Assembly (NCBI GenBank): GCA_004431415.1
Contig: QPMI01000534.1
Coordinates: 62,001-126,000 of the forward strand
DNA: 64,000 nt
Direction: 5' to 3'
Source of the DNA: Cyanophora paradoxa CCMP329
Taxonomy: Eukaryota; Plantae; Glaucophyta
Under the pieces are notes generated by a model. The model ran no database searches. It had not been told where the DNA came from and saw only the letters and a program-made list of their open reading frames with translations. A program made the position numbers and the translations under genes. Every line of letters starts with the position of its first letter. Position 1 is the stretch's first letter. Of this stretch, positions 44,786-57,283 are shown in pieces.

Positions 44786-45196
44786 CGCCGAGCCCTGTCG
44801 GGCCCTTTCACCTTACGACACGGCCTCCTCTTTTCCGAACCTTTAGATACAGCTACCTGCGATCTCACGGACGCTATCCGAACAAGCTATGTAAACGAAC
44901 ATGGACTCGAACCGAATACGAATACCGGTGCTGAGGGATACATTAGATGCTGAGAGGCCACGGCGTCTAGGCACAGCGGCGTCAAGCCGCTTCTATATCT
45001 GGGCACGGCACGGTAATCTAATTATAATCTAACTGACGGGCCAAGTCGGGCATCTGTCTTGAGCAAGCCGTAGCCTGGTGGCTAGCCCTGGTTCGACGCC
45101 GCCGCGCGGTCACGCCTCGAGCGCGGCCTTGAGCCCGCCCCCGGCCGCCTTGACCGTCGCCGCGCTCTCGTCCCGCTGCCGGCGCCGACGAGAAGC

Positions 45197-47206
45197 TCAA
45201 GAGAGGGCGCGAGGGGGGTACGGCGTCGCGACTTCTCTGGGGGTACGCACCTTGGAGAGGATGCGCACCTCCCCGTGCTTCATGCAGAAGAACCGCTCCT
45301 GGGGTATGCCCCGCTTCTGCGACCCGGTCAGGGGGGTACGCCTTTCGAGGGGGATCGGCAGGAGTACCCTGAGGGCCTCCGCGAGGCGGAGGGGCGGCTC
45401 TCCAATGGGCTCATCCGTCAGGACGAAGGTACCCCAATGCTGGAGGGGTACAGCGTCAGGTGAGGAGGAGGTACGCGGAGCTTTGCAAAAGGGGGGGAGG
45501 AGGAAGGATACTATGCACCATGCCGACGGAGTACGTCGCATCGAGGTCGAGGTGAATCTGTGGTTGGGGTATGGGGATGTAGTTCACGCAAGGGCCAGGG
45601 GGCGAGGGGTTCAGCTCGTCCGAGCACCTGAACGGCCTCGTCTGAGGGGTACACGTCAGGCAAACAGGAAGGCTGGCGAGGGGTACAGGCGCACCGGGGT
45701 CGATGTGCTGCGGCTTCATGAACCTGCAGCGTACCCGTCCGCGTCGGACGACTCGAAGAGAACGCCGTACCCGTGCGGGGCCAGGCACCAGCGCGGCTCG
45801 TAGGCGCCGATGGGCAGGATCGCGAGGTCGATCGGGCCGAAGAGCTTTCCCACCTCCTTGAACACGGGGCAGTACCCGGTATCCCCGCCGAAGTACACTG
45901 CAGGGGGTAGCCTATTGGAGGGAGGAAGCGGGGGGGGGGGACGAGGGCGGGGTCGGGGGCGGGTACGGTACCTTTCTTGTCGCCGGCCTTGACCAGGAAC
46001 GATGACCACAGCGTCTTGTTCCTGTCCAGCCCCGTCCGGCTGCTCCTGTACCCCCCGGGGTTGGCAGGCGGTGTACCCGACCGGAGCACGAGGCGGGCGG
46101 ACCAGTGCTGGCAGGGGGTACACGTGACCGACACGCCCTCCGCGATCTTGTGCTCCTGCCTGCGGGCGACGGCTCTCGGTACCCCGACAGAAGGAATGGG
46201 GAGAGGGCGGGGCAAGGAGCACGGAGCCGCACCACCAGTCCAGCTCGACGCAGTTTGCTATGCTGTGGTCCGAGAACCACTTCTTGAGGCCGAGGGGTAC
46301 GACCCACGTGCACCTGTCCCCCAGCGTCTTCACCGTACCCAGGTCCAGGTGGTCGTAGTGGTCTGGGGGGCGGCCGGGGCCGCGCGGCGGTGAGGAGGGC
46401 GGACTGCGGAGGGCAGGGGGGGGGTGGGGGGGGGGAGGGAGGGGGGGGGGGGGGCGCACTGTGCGAGACGATGCTAAAGTCGATCTTGAGCTTCCCGAGG
46501 TCCTCCATGGCGATGGCGGGGGGTACGAGGCGCTTGGGGCCCGCGAACGAGAGGGGCGAGCAGCGCCTGCGCGCCCAGTTCGAGGGGATCCGGGGCGCCG
46601 GGCCGGGCAAGGGGGGGGGGGGGGGGGGGGTAGGGCGCACTGGGAGAGGACGGGGTCCGTCAGGAACGCGACGCCGTTCACCTGAACGAGCATCGACGCG
46701 TGCCCGATCCACGTCACCTGAGATGAGAAGGGGGGGAGGGGAGTGCGTCAGATGAGGGCCGCCGCGTCTCCGGGCGCAGCGCAGCGCAGCGCAGCGCAGC
46801 GCAAGGCGGCCTGGCCGCACGCGCCTGGATCCTGTCCTTGGGCGGGTTGCGGAGGCGCTCCCAGTCGACGGGGACCTGCGGGAGCTCGCGGGCCAGCGTC
46901 GCGGGCGAGACGTCGGGGTGCTTCCGGTTCCAGTTCCACACGAGAACATCCCAAAACGTCCTCTGGATCCATCCGGTCCAGCTCGGAGGGTTCCTGCGCG
47001 GCGGTGAGCGCGCGCGCGGGTGCCGGCCCGGCCCGCGGCCGCTCGGCGGGCTTCGCTCTCCCCGCGCCCCGGCCCGTGCCGACCGCACGAAGAGGCTTAG
47101 CTAAAGCGACGGCGATCACACGCTAGGTCGCGCGCGGCGCGGCGGCGCGCAGCCTTTCTTCACACGCGGCACGCGCACCTGAAACCGGAGCCGCAGTGGT
47201 GGTCAT
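45197..47206 (-). CDS. NAPEPLD: NAPE-PLD-like metallo-beta-lactamase
   Basis: TWIGHAS, FLTDPV, SH|NHYDHLD (HxHxDH), PCQHWS, YFGGDTGY, LPIGAYEP, HWGTFVLTDEP. Start approximate. Confidence 0.9.
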
Positions 47207-48046
47207 TGGCGCCCGGCGTGCTCATCACACTACAGCGCGCTGGTTGCTGGGCACTCCGCCGCTCGCAGGTTCGTGCACGCGGGCGCGGAGGTCGAAGCCG
47301 ACGCCGATGCCGGGAGTTGTTCTTAACCGCACGTCGGGGCGTCGATGCCGACGATGCGTGAATTGCGAGGCGCGGCAGCGGACGGCGGCTGTGTGCGGGT
47401 CAGTGCGGGACTGTGCGGCAGGGGTGGGGGTACAGTTGCAAAGGATCAGAACTCCACCGTGGCACCGTCAACGTTAACGTTAACGTCGCGCCTTCTAAGC
47501 GCAGGTGCGGCAGTCTGACAGTGTGCCAGGGCCGGGTGTTGATCATGACCGCTGGGGCGCTCCGCGGCCGAACGCGTTAACGTTGACGCGTACGCGTACG
47601 CGTGCTGATCATGAGTATCGGGGCTGCAGATCTAGAGGAGCGCTCATAATCAGCGATCGCGATATCGTCTGCTTCTGAATTCGTCGGGGGAGCGCGCGGC
47701 CGCGGGGAAGCGGGCGCGCCCTCGAGCTCGCGTCGAAGCGGTCGAAACAATATTAATATTAATATTAATATTAGCCGCGCCGCGGCCAGCGTGGCGGCGC
47801 CTCAGGACGATCGCGACCTGCAGCTACGAGCCTTTGTCGTTTAACTTATATGACAAAAGTTAGTAAGGCGTGCCACATTAGTGTTCAATCTTAAGCCTGG
47901 CCAGCGGCCGCCGGCCGAGCCCGCCGTCATCCTTGCGTGTGTGCAGCTTGTCATGATCATCGGATCATCATGGGGTTCATGACCGCCGGGCATGCGCATG
48001 ATGAATCGATTAATGACGATGATTTCGCGTGAGAGAAAATCCATCG

Positions 48047-48860
48047 TGGAACGCGAAACGGCTCCGTCGTGTCAGAAACACGCGTGGCACGCGTCTGCCA
48101 GCCAGTGGAACGAAATGGTGGAACGCGAAACGGCTCCGTCCGACGGTCGTACGCGTGTCAGAAACACTAGTCTGCCAGCCAGTGCCAGGCTGCCAGCTGC
48201 AGCTAGGATGCCGCGCGCGCGGAACGGCGTCGACGAGAATTCGAACTGCGCATGCGCATTCGAATTCGATCGCAAGTGAACCGGTACCGGCGCTAGTCGG
48301 CGGATAGGAGTCATCATGGCATATGACTCGCAATTGATAAACCGTTTCGCATTCCGAACTCAGAGCCGTTTTGCGCGCCGCATCGCGCCACGCGCACGCT
48401 GGCGCGCGCTGCAGACTGCAGTCCGGTCAATTAATTTGATCATGATCCGATGATCAGTGATATTGCAACACGTCGACGTCGACGTTGTGTGCAGACTCGG
48501 ACCTCGGAAACTTCAAGGCTTCAAAGGCGCTTGCAACTTGGCAATTGCAAGTTGCAAATTGTCAGTTGCTCGCCAGACAGTACAACAGCGCTAGCGCTAG
48601 CTTGATAAGCCGTTTCAAAGTTTCGCATTCCGACGAACTCAGCTGCAGTGCCGTTTTGCGAGCTGCATCGATATCGCGCCGCGCGCGGGGGGGCACGTTG
48701 CAGTACTAGCTATAGTCCGGTCATGATCAGCACGTCACGCACAGAAACTTGCAACTTGTCAAGTTACTTGCCAGACTGTCACAGTATATATACACGTCGA
48801 CGTCCAGCAACGTTAACGTTAGTTTGACAGCTTCTGCAGTTCACAGCGCTAGCTTGCCAA
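48047..48860. repeat. Degenerate local direct repeats in intergenic DNA
   Basis: GTGGAACGCGAAACGGCTCCGTC x2 (48047, 48118); a decayed ~270-290-bp duplication (48335-48600 vs 48603-48860). Confidence 0.7.
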
Positions 48861-48935
48861 GTTGCCAAGCGAACGGAGCGCAACTTCAGATCTGCCGCAG
48901 AGTACTAGTCGCCGGCGGCGGAAGCGGATCATCGG

Positions 48936-50596
48936 ATGGACGCACAGATGGACTGCCCCCAGTACCTGACGAGCGCATCGTGCTCGTTTGGAGCGGTGCG
49001 CATGCGCGCACGCGCGTCAAAATTCTAAAGAATATATGACCGGGGAGCGCCTATGCCCGGCCCGGGGCCGCGCGCAGGGATGCAAGTATCGGCACAGTGA
49101 AAAGGCACGCGTGAACCCCGATTGCCGCAACTGGCTGAACGACGGGCGCTGCCCGCGTGGCGTCAGCTGCTACTTCATCCATCACCCTAAGAAGCGGGGC
49201 GGAGCTGGCTCGAGCTCGTCGGAGCAGTCGCGCGGCCGCGACCGCGACGCCGATGCGCGCCCTCAAAGCGGCCGCCCGAGGCCCAGGTCCTCCAGCCGAA
49301 GTCGGGCACTCTCGAAATCAAATTCGAATGCAGCTCTGCCCTTGGCGCCCGCGGCCATGGCCGCGGCCTTGGCGAAGGGCGACGTCCAGATGCAGTTCAC
49401 GCACTGCAAGATGGAGGAGGCGGGCGGCAAGGTGACCGTCGCCGTGCAGCAGCAGACGCTCCACCGCGAGGTGGAGAGGAAGAAGGTCGACGTGACCTTC
49501 CTGATCGACGTCTCGGGCTCGATGCAGGGCGAGCCGCTCGCCACCGCCCTGGAGGGCGTCGCCGGCCTGCACAAGGAGCTCAACGACAGCGACCGCGTCT
49601 CCCTCCTGCTCTTCGACACGAACCGCTTCAACCTAATGGAACCCAACTCCATCATGAAGAAGGTCCGCCGAACCCAAACATTTATATATATGTTTGTTAG
49701 AAGGAGGCAGCTGCGAAACATTCATGAAATATAAATCAATACAATGTCTTTGTTATAGGTCGCTATTCTACTACTCGTCGCATCTAACTAGTAATATTAA
49801 TCGCCTATTCGCTGACGCTGATTTTCCAGGAGAACCTCAACATCGAAAGCCTCATCGCGAAGGCCAAAGGCAAGGGCGGAGGTGGCACATACCTGCGCGA
49901 CGCGATGATTTGGGCCATGGAAGAAATCATGCCGAAGCACCCGCACGCCAAAGAGAATGGCTACATTCAGCAGCTGGGTTCGTCGAGTTTGATCTGTTTC
50001 GAACTAGACTCTGCGGCCGAGATCTCCCGCCACTTTATAATAATTAATTTGGCTTGCCTGACGTCCAAATTATAATCTTCCACACAGTCGTCCTCACCGA
50101 CGGCGCGGACACCGGGAGCGATGTGTCACGTGAGAAGCTCGCGGAGGCCGTCGCCAACTGCAAGATCCCCAAATTCAACCTCATCTTTCTCTCGGTGGGC
50201 TCGAGTTGAATTAATTATAGGTCTATATCTCGACTTCTAGATCTTATTAATCTGCGTCTGTACGTTTAACGTTATTTATTTGCGTACTCAATTTTAATTA
50301 ACATCATTACCGCGCCTTAGGTTGGCGTATCTGGGTCCGCGCGCGACGAGTACCAGGCACTGTGCGCGCCAAAGCACTGCCACTTCATGGAGTGCGACAG
50401 CAACGCGGCGGCCAACATCAAAAAGCTGTTCCGCGACGTGATCAAGACGGTGAAGGAGAGCAAGGTCCTCCAAATCACCGGCGCCCCACAGCAAGTGGCG
50501 CGCATGCTGCAGGGGATGAACCTCAACCCCTCCGCCGGCTCCGGATCGCAGAAGAAAATGCCGCCCATGCTCACCCCGAACGCCTTCAAGATGTAG
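48936..50596 (+). CDS. Tandem CCCH zinc finger + von Willebrand factor A (MIDAS) protein
   Basis: CPQYLTSASCSFGA|GCKYRH and CRNWLNDGRCPRGVSCYFIH (C-x8-C-x5-C-x3-H twice). VWA motifs: VTFLIDVSGSM, GGGTYLRDAM, VVLTDG. Confidence 0.85.
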
Positions 50597-51710
50597 TTAT
50601 AATCTTAGATCTAGAACCCTCGGGCGCCGCGTACGGCATGTAGAAATTTTGACCGAATCTGGTCAAAAAAAATGTAGAAATTTACGTGCCTCATTCTCTA
50701 CTCAACTCGTGATCAGCGGGCGCACTGCCAGGCTGCAGCTGCTAGCGTGGTTCACTCGCCGCAAAACTGACCTCTTCCGCACCTCGTTTTGCATCATGGC
50801 ATCACCATGCATCTAGGAAAGTTTTGCACCGTTTACGCGCAAAAGAAACTGATTATTAGATATCATTGTATCCATGCAGAGGTCGTGTAATGGTCTCGCG
50901 CCAATCGCTCCCCCAAGCTTAATCCAGCCAGATCGCACAAATCTGAACGCTGCAGATGATCATGACGAGTGCATAGCTATATGATCAATGCCTGGCGCTT
51001 TATGATCAATATACAAGCAGGGGGGCAAGCCCCCCCGCACCCCCCCATTTACTGATGATCGATATCATGACCGTCGGACATAGCAATAGCGAAGCATGTA
51101 TACGTAGATCTGCATGCAGCTGAACTTCAATCGAGAAACGCGCAGCGTCGACGTCACGGTCAGCGCCATATGCATACGCGCGCGTCGCGTCGGCCGCGCC
51201 GACTTCGATCTATTGAGCTTCGTTACTAAGTTAAGATCTTTGGCTAGCTATAGATCGGAACTGTTACAATTAGCTATTATATATTTCGATTCTTGATCTT
51301 GCTCAGTTTGCCAGAACGACGTCGCGATCGACGGACGTTTTCAGGACAAAAGAATTCGAATAATCTTCCTCGGCTTCGTACGCGTCTTCAAATACAAGGT
51401 CGCGGCCGCTGCAGCTAGGCACTTCGAATATTAATTCACGCTCCGGAGCGGGTGCTCATATGCATAAGCAGCCGCTGAGCGGCTTCGACAAAATCGAGAT
51501 CACTGCTTTCCGAAGTTCGCGATCGCAAGCGCTGCGTTGACTTCGAATTCACCTGCTGATCATGATGTGATCTGTCTGCACAAGCATGCGCAGCGGCGCT
51601 AGCTACATGCGCAGCGGCACTAGCATGTACGCGGTTGCTAAGCGCAATTAGCGCAACTGCCGCAGTGCGGCAACGACAGCTGCTGCTGCTGCTCATGATC
51701 AGCAGTACTG

Positions 51711-51843
51711 CAGTGTGTTTCGGTTACTTTCCGTTACTTTTCGCTATCCGCCACTCAAGCTGTCCGTTATTTTCCGGAAACGTCCGTTATAATTATCCGC
51801 CACTTTCCGTTACTTCCGTAAGTTCCGTTATCTGCCACTTTCC
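51711..51843. repeat. Array of TTCCGTTA / ATCCGCCACT motifs (transposon subterminal-like)
   Basis: About 7 TCCGTTA variants and 3 ATC(C/T)GCCACT copies within 130 bp. Confidence 0.6.
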
Positions 51844-52801
51844 ATGCACGCCACTGGCCAGCTTAAACTGCTGGGAAAAACTCGACTCGCTCCACAGCGC
51901 GCTACGCCGCCTTCGCGCGCGCACTGTCCGGACTCCGGGAATCCGGATCGATACTACCCGGTAGTGCTGCCACTGCCTGCCAGCCTGGCAGTGCGCGTGC
52001 GCTCTGCCAGGCTGGTGACGTCGACGGTCGATGGGACTACCCCTGCGTATACAAATCTCGGCTCTAGCAGGCGGGAAATATATGAGCACTGAGCAGCCTG
52101 GCACTGCCGCAGTGCTGGCAGTCGACGTCCGACGCCGGACCGACGGTCGCGTCTGCAGCTGCCGGCACTAGTACTGCGGCCGGCCAGGCTGGCACAGCCT
52201 GGCAGCCTGGCCCAGTGGCCATGGCAGCTTCTGCCAGCCTGCAGCTGGCATGCAGCAGGCTAAGCCAGCAGCTAGTGGCTGCGGCAGCTGTCGATCGGGG
52301 TGAGTCGGGTCTACGGCGAGTCGGCGACTCTACGCCGATGTCGACACTCGACGTGTTCGCACATGAGGGTTCATATTGGGTGCGACAAAACGGGGAACTG
52401 AATCGAAACTGCAAGCTCAGCCAGCCGTGTTAACCCGATTTTTTTCGCAAGTGTCCGCTTGCGTCTTAAGTAATAAGTTATAACTTAGTATACGCATGCG
52501 CAGGCATGTCTGCTCCGCAGAGATTTGCTTGTTATATATTCTGGAAGGACTCCGCTTGTTCTAGGGATCCGGCATCAGTATTGAGGCGTACGATCCGGAA
52601 GGCATTACTCCCACGCGACTTTCAATAATTAATTTCCCCCATCTAATAATATAATCCCGTCGATTGCAAAGTGTGCGTCTATAGCTAATGTACATGTTTT
52701 TATAATCAAATCTCGATCGCAATTGCGACTCGACAAATGCATATGGTTCGGTTTGAATTCCATGATCATGATAGTACGCGTGAGCGCGAGCCGGCGACCC
52801 T

Positions 52802-55800
52802 TCAGCTCCGAGTGACACCGCTAGCGCTGCGGTTGAGGAGGCGCCGCTCGGGGCGCGCGTCCGGCCCGAAGGCCTCGCTGCGCGCCCGCCGCTCCGCGTC
52901 CCGCACCCAGTCCCGCACCTGGCGGCGCCAATCGGGAGGGGTTTGAATTTCGCGGCCCGAAATCGAAGGAAAAAATTCGCACCGCGAAACCCGCCCGCAG
53001 GCAGGCGAGGAGGACGAGGGGTCCACGGAAGAGGAGCGGGGCGACGCCGGGCCCGCGCCAACGGAGGACGGCCCACGCGGCGGCGGAGAGAAGCGGGACC
53101 GTAACGAAGGACGGCCACCCGAAATCGACATCGACATCGATCTCTTCGGAGAAATCTGGAGGGAAGGCTACAGCTAGGTCGAGCACGCGGCGGATGTCCC
53201 TTCCGAGGACACGCGCCCCAGCGTTCGACTTTAGCGCCGCCTGACCGCAAATTAAAGTGAATGTCAATTGCAATCGCAATCTCTTGTGGCTTGTGCAGTG
53301 AGCAGTGATCGCTTTCATTTGCTATTGCGCGCACCAGAAGAACGAATCCAGGGACCCAGTACAGCAGCCAATGGCAGACTGTGCAGAATATCTGCTGCCC
53401 GTCAGCTGCCGCGGCGGCGTCCGCTATAGCTACATGAACAGACCACAGACGGGGCGTTGATGTTGATAGCGGCCGCGGGCGTCGAAGTCGGGTACGGCAG
53501 CGCGGCGTACGAGACAAACATCCCTACCAGTGCGGGAATCGCGACATATATCAATCCAAGGCCGACAACACCGCTAAACTGCAGGAGCGCCAGCTGCAGG
53601 TCACTGCGAGTGTTCTTGCACCAAATTTGTGTCCAAGCGCGCACGATCACGAGGAGATTGAACACGACTTGGCGACAATTGACCCCGGCCCCGAATTCGA
53701 ATTCTTCCTGCCAAAAGAAATCGAAGAATATTAATCGAAGAATTTGCCGCAATCCGCAACAGCGGTTGAGCAGTACTATCGCACCTTGGCGGCAATGTAC
53801 AAGTAGGCGATCAAACAGAGGGCGCCGAAGAGCAGAGCAAGGCTCGCAAGGGCCTGGATGTCGCAGCTCGCGGGTCCCGCCTCGAGCTCCCCTTCCGAAG
53901 CCGAAGCCGAGAGCAGCGGACCGCCGGCCCCGTAACGCCAGCGCGCCACGGCCACTGGGGCCGGAGGAGTCGAAGTAAGGCGCAGGATCGGGACGGGAGG
54001 ACACCACGCGCGTACCCAAGGCAGAAGCGAGCGCGATAAGATTGCAGAAGAAGCCGAAGACCATTGCCAAGGATAGGAGGAAGGCCAGTGCCTTGGCGAG
54101 AGGTTTCGAGTTCGGTTCGCCAAGCTGTCGCACCGAGGGGAGCCTGAAGACATAGCTGCGAGGGCTTGTTTAAAGCGTGTCAAAAGCGTAAGAATGACTT
54201 GTTTGCATACCGCGCAGGCCAGGAAGAGATATCAAGAATGTATTTCAAGACACAACATCCCAGGAAAGGAAGTTCCAGCGAAGCAATAAAGAGTACGCAG
54301 GCCCACGCGACAACAGACTGCAACGGGAACTCCAATTCGCGAATTCACGTTAGCGAAATGTGCGCACCATGAACACTTTTATCCAAGTATCCCCGAATAG
54401 CTTGATGTGAATAGGTAATGTTGAAATCGCGGTGCGAGAGAACGCAAAGGCTCCGATCGCCTGGTCATTTCATCAGACATAGTTCGATAATCACGAAAGA
54501 ATTCGGATCCCGAAAGAGACGCTGAAAAGGCTGTAGTGCGTGCGCACGGCCAACGTGGTCGCGGCGTTACCGATGAAACAGCGGGCGATCTGAAGCCTTA
54601 GAGGTCGCTGCGGGCAATCAGAGCTCGGATATCGAATTCCGATCATGAATTCGCTGGGGTGTACCCCGGCTACCCCATTTGCGGGGGGCGGCCCTGGCGA
54701 CGGCAGCGCCCAGGCGAATGAAGGAGGAGGCCTCCCGAGAAGCTGCGAAGGGGATTCAGATAAGAAGTCAGATAAGTAGAGAGAGAACGAGTGCGGGGGC
54801 ACCTCGTAGAGTCCCGCTGCGATTTCTCCAAAACATTCGCTTCGACCGAAATTGAATTAATATTGGAAAGTCGAACATTATCGTAGCCAACAAGCTAGAC
54901 GCACTCGAGAGCGGCTATCCCCACCAAAGAAAGATAACAAGCCATTTCGAAGGCGGCGTAGTTGTTGGGGTTGGTCAAATTGGATGGGATTTTTGTAAGC
55001 CAGTCCGGTATGTATGGAGCAGACACGTGAACGTCGAACAGAAGCAGGCTGTCGCGCTTGAATAAGAAATGGAAGATGACGAATCCCGAGGCGATCCGAG
55101 CGCAGAGGAGCGCAAAGAAGAGTTTCTCGGAAGGACTGCGCATGCGCGGATTCGCGATGGTTCAGAACCCCGGCCCGAGCTCGATATCGCATCTCGTAAA
55201 CGCACTCTGAGGAATCGATGAAGAAGTAGTACACCAGAAGCGCAAGCAGAACCAGGAAAGGGGCCGCGACGAGCCAGCACGCAAACGCGTTGAGCAGCGA
55301 AGTTGCGAGTGTCCCTTCCCCTGTAGAAACCCACGTGCCCGGCACCAGCTGCAACAGCAGATTCTCCAACTTCGGCAATGTGTTCTCCGGAGCCAATGGC
55401 CCATACCAGAGTCCGAAGGAGACTCCAGCACGCCCCACTAAGTACGGCACGAAGATTGGCAAGAAGATGCAGGCGATCGTGGCGATGTCGAGAAATTGCT
55501 CCTGCAAAAGAAATTAATCGCTTTCGCTCGCTAAATGATCACGACGTGATTTTTTGCGAACGATTTGGGATCGAATGTCACGCCACAGGGCTTTGCAGAG
55601 AGCCTGCGGCGGCAGAGACGGGGCCGGAGCCTCCTGAACTTTGATCTGTCGCACAATTGCAACAATTTAAACCCCAATCGTCTCGTTTAGCATTTGTAGC
55701 CTGCCGGCGCCGCGCTGGGGCGCTGTACACGTAGCAAACAGACCTTGGTCTTGCAAATTTCGCACTCATCTCGGCCCTTCCTCGCCAGCCATGTCAGAAG

Positions 55801-56852
55801 ACACTCCTGCGAAAGGATGCGAATATATGCGATGAGCACCGCTCAAATTAAAGCCGATCGATGTGAAAACTTCGAATGCACCTCGTGGACGAAGGACATG
55901 CTGCCGGTGCAGCCGCAGGGCTGGAGGAGCTCGCGGTGGTCGTCCTCGACGGGCCCGCCTCGGCAGATCCGGCACGCGCGGCCGTCCGGATCCGGATACG
56001 GATCCCCGCAGGCCGCGGCCGGCTCCGCGGTCGACTCGGCCGGCCGAGGGCTCGCCGCGTGCTGTGCACGCGTGGCCATGGACGGCTGCCGCTGCAAGTT
56101 GGCCGCGATAGTCGATTTTGCGGACGCCGCGGACGGGCCCCCAACGCTCGGGCGCGCGTCCTGCAGCTGTGCAGTCTGGAGCTCCATGGCCAGGGCTGGA
56201 ATCGAATTCGATCGGGCCGGGTTGGTAGCCGCGACCAGCTGCGCTTGCGGGGGCGCCATAACAGGTGCCGAGTGCGGAATCGAATTCACAGCTACTGCGG
56301 AAACCTTCCCGACAGCTTCCTGCAGATGCGAGGTAGGCGCGAGAGCCGATGATGCATAAGCCAGCGGGGAAGCGACTGCAGAAGTTGACGTGGACGTCGA
56401 CTTCGCGGACTGCCCGATCGCGAGCACCTCTCCGTGGCCAGCCGCGGGCGCCTCCGGCGGCACGATCGTCCGCTGCGAGGAAGCGTAGATGCTGAAGGCA
56501 GCTGCAGGGGCTGCGGCTGCATTCGACGACGCCGAACCTCGTAGATCTGCGAGCGAAAGAGACGGTCGGACAGTGCGGGGGCCCGTAGATCATCGAGCTC
56601 ATTCGGAGTTCGCGAATTTCGAAATTTCGAATTTTGGCCATGCGTAATGGCGAGCCGCCAGCACGCGCAAAAAGATTTCGCACCACGCAGGGTCAACGTC
56701 CGCTCTCCACAAGCAGGGCCCCCTTCCTCGCAGGTTCGCGCACGCTTGGATGAAGGCGACGCTGCTTTCGAGGGTGGCAGGTTCTCCTTGTCTCCGCTCC
56801 CGCTGTCACCAGCGTTGGCGTCGAGCTGACGCTTCAGGCATCGGCCCTCCAT
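52802..56852 (-). CDS. RING-CH multi-pass membrane E3 ubiquitin ligase, MARCH6/Doa10-like
   Basis: CRIC...LLQPCGCTGSMSFVHE|ECLLTWL...CEIC (C4HC3 RING-variant), then many TM exons. C-terminal ERRLLN resembles the Doa10/MARCH6 C-terminal element. Start MEGRCLKR tentative. Confidence 0.8.
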
Positions 56853-57283
56853 CGCCGGAAGGCCGCCCGCGGGATCGACAGGCGACGCCCTCGATCGGAG
56901 TGCTGTATCCCTGCAGCTGGGTGAGGGGAGAACTTGAAATATGGAGGGGAGAACTTGACATAGATATGAATATATAAATATGGAGGGGAGGGGAGAAATT
57001 GACGTCGACTTCAAGGAGGAGAGGAGTACGGTTCGAGGGAGAGGAGAGGGAGAGTCCGCGGTCGCGATTGCCAAAGCGCGCGCGCCGGGCCGAGCAGCAC
57101 TCAGGTGCGGCAGGGCATATGCATGCAGGGTCCGGGGCGCGCGCGGGATCGGGGGGCGCGCGCGCGGCCGGGGTCGGGGCGCGCGGGATTGTGCGCGCGA
57201 AAGTCCTTTCTAATTTCTGATCGCCTTCAGACAGCCTTGCAGCCGCCTGATTGGCGCCGGCGAGAAAACCCAGCTTCCATTCA

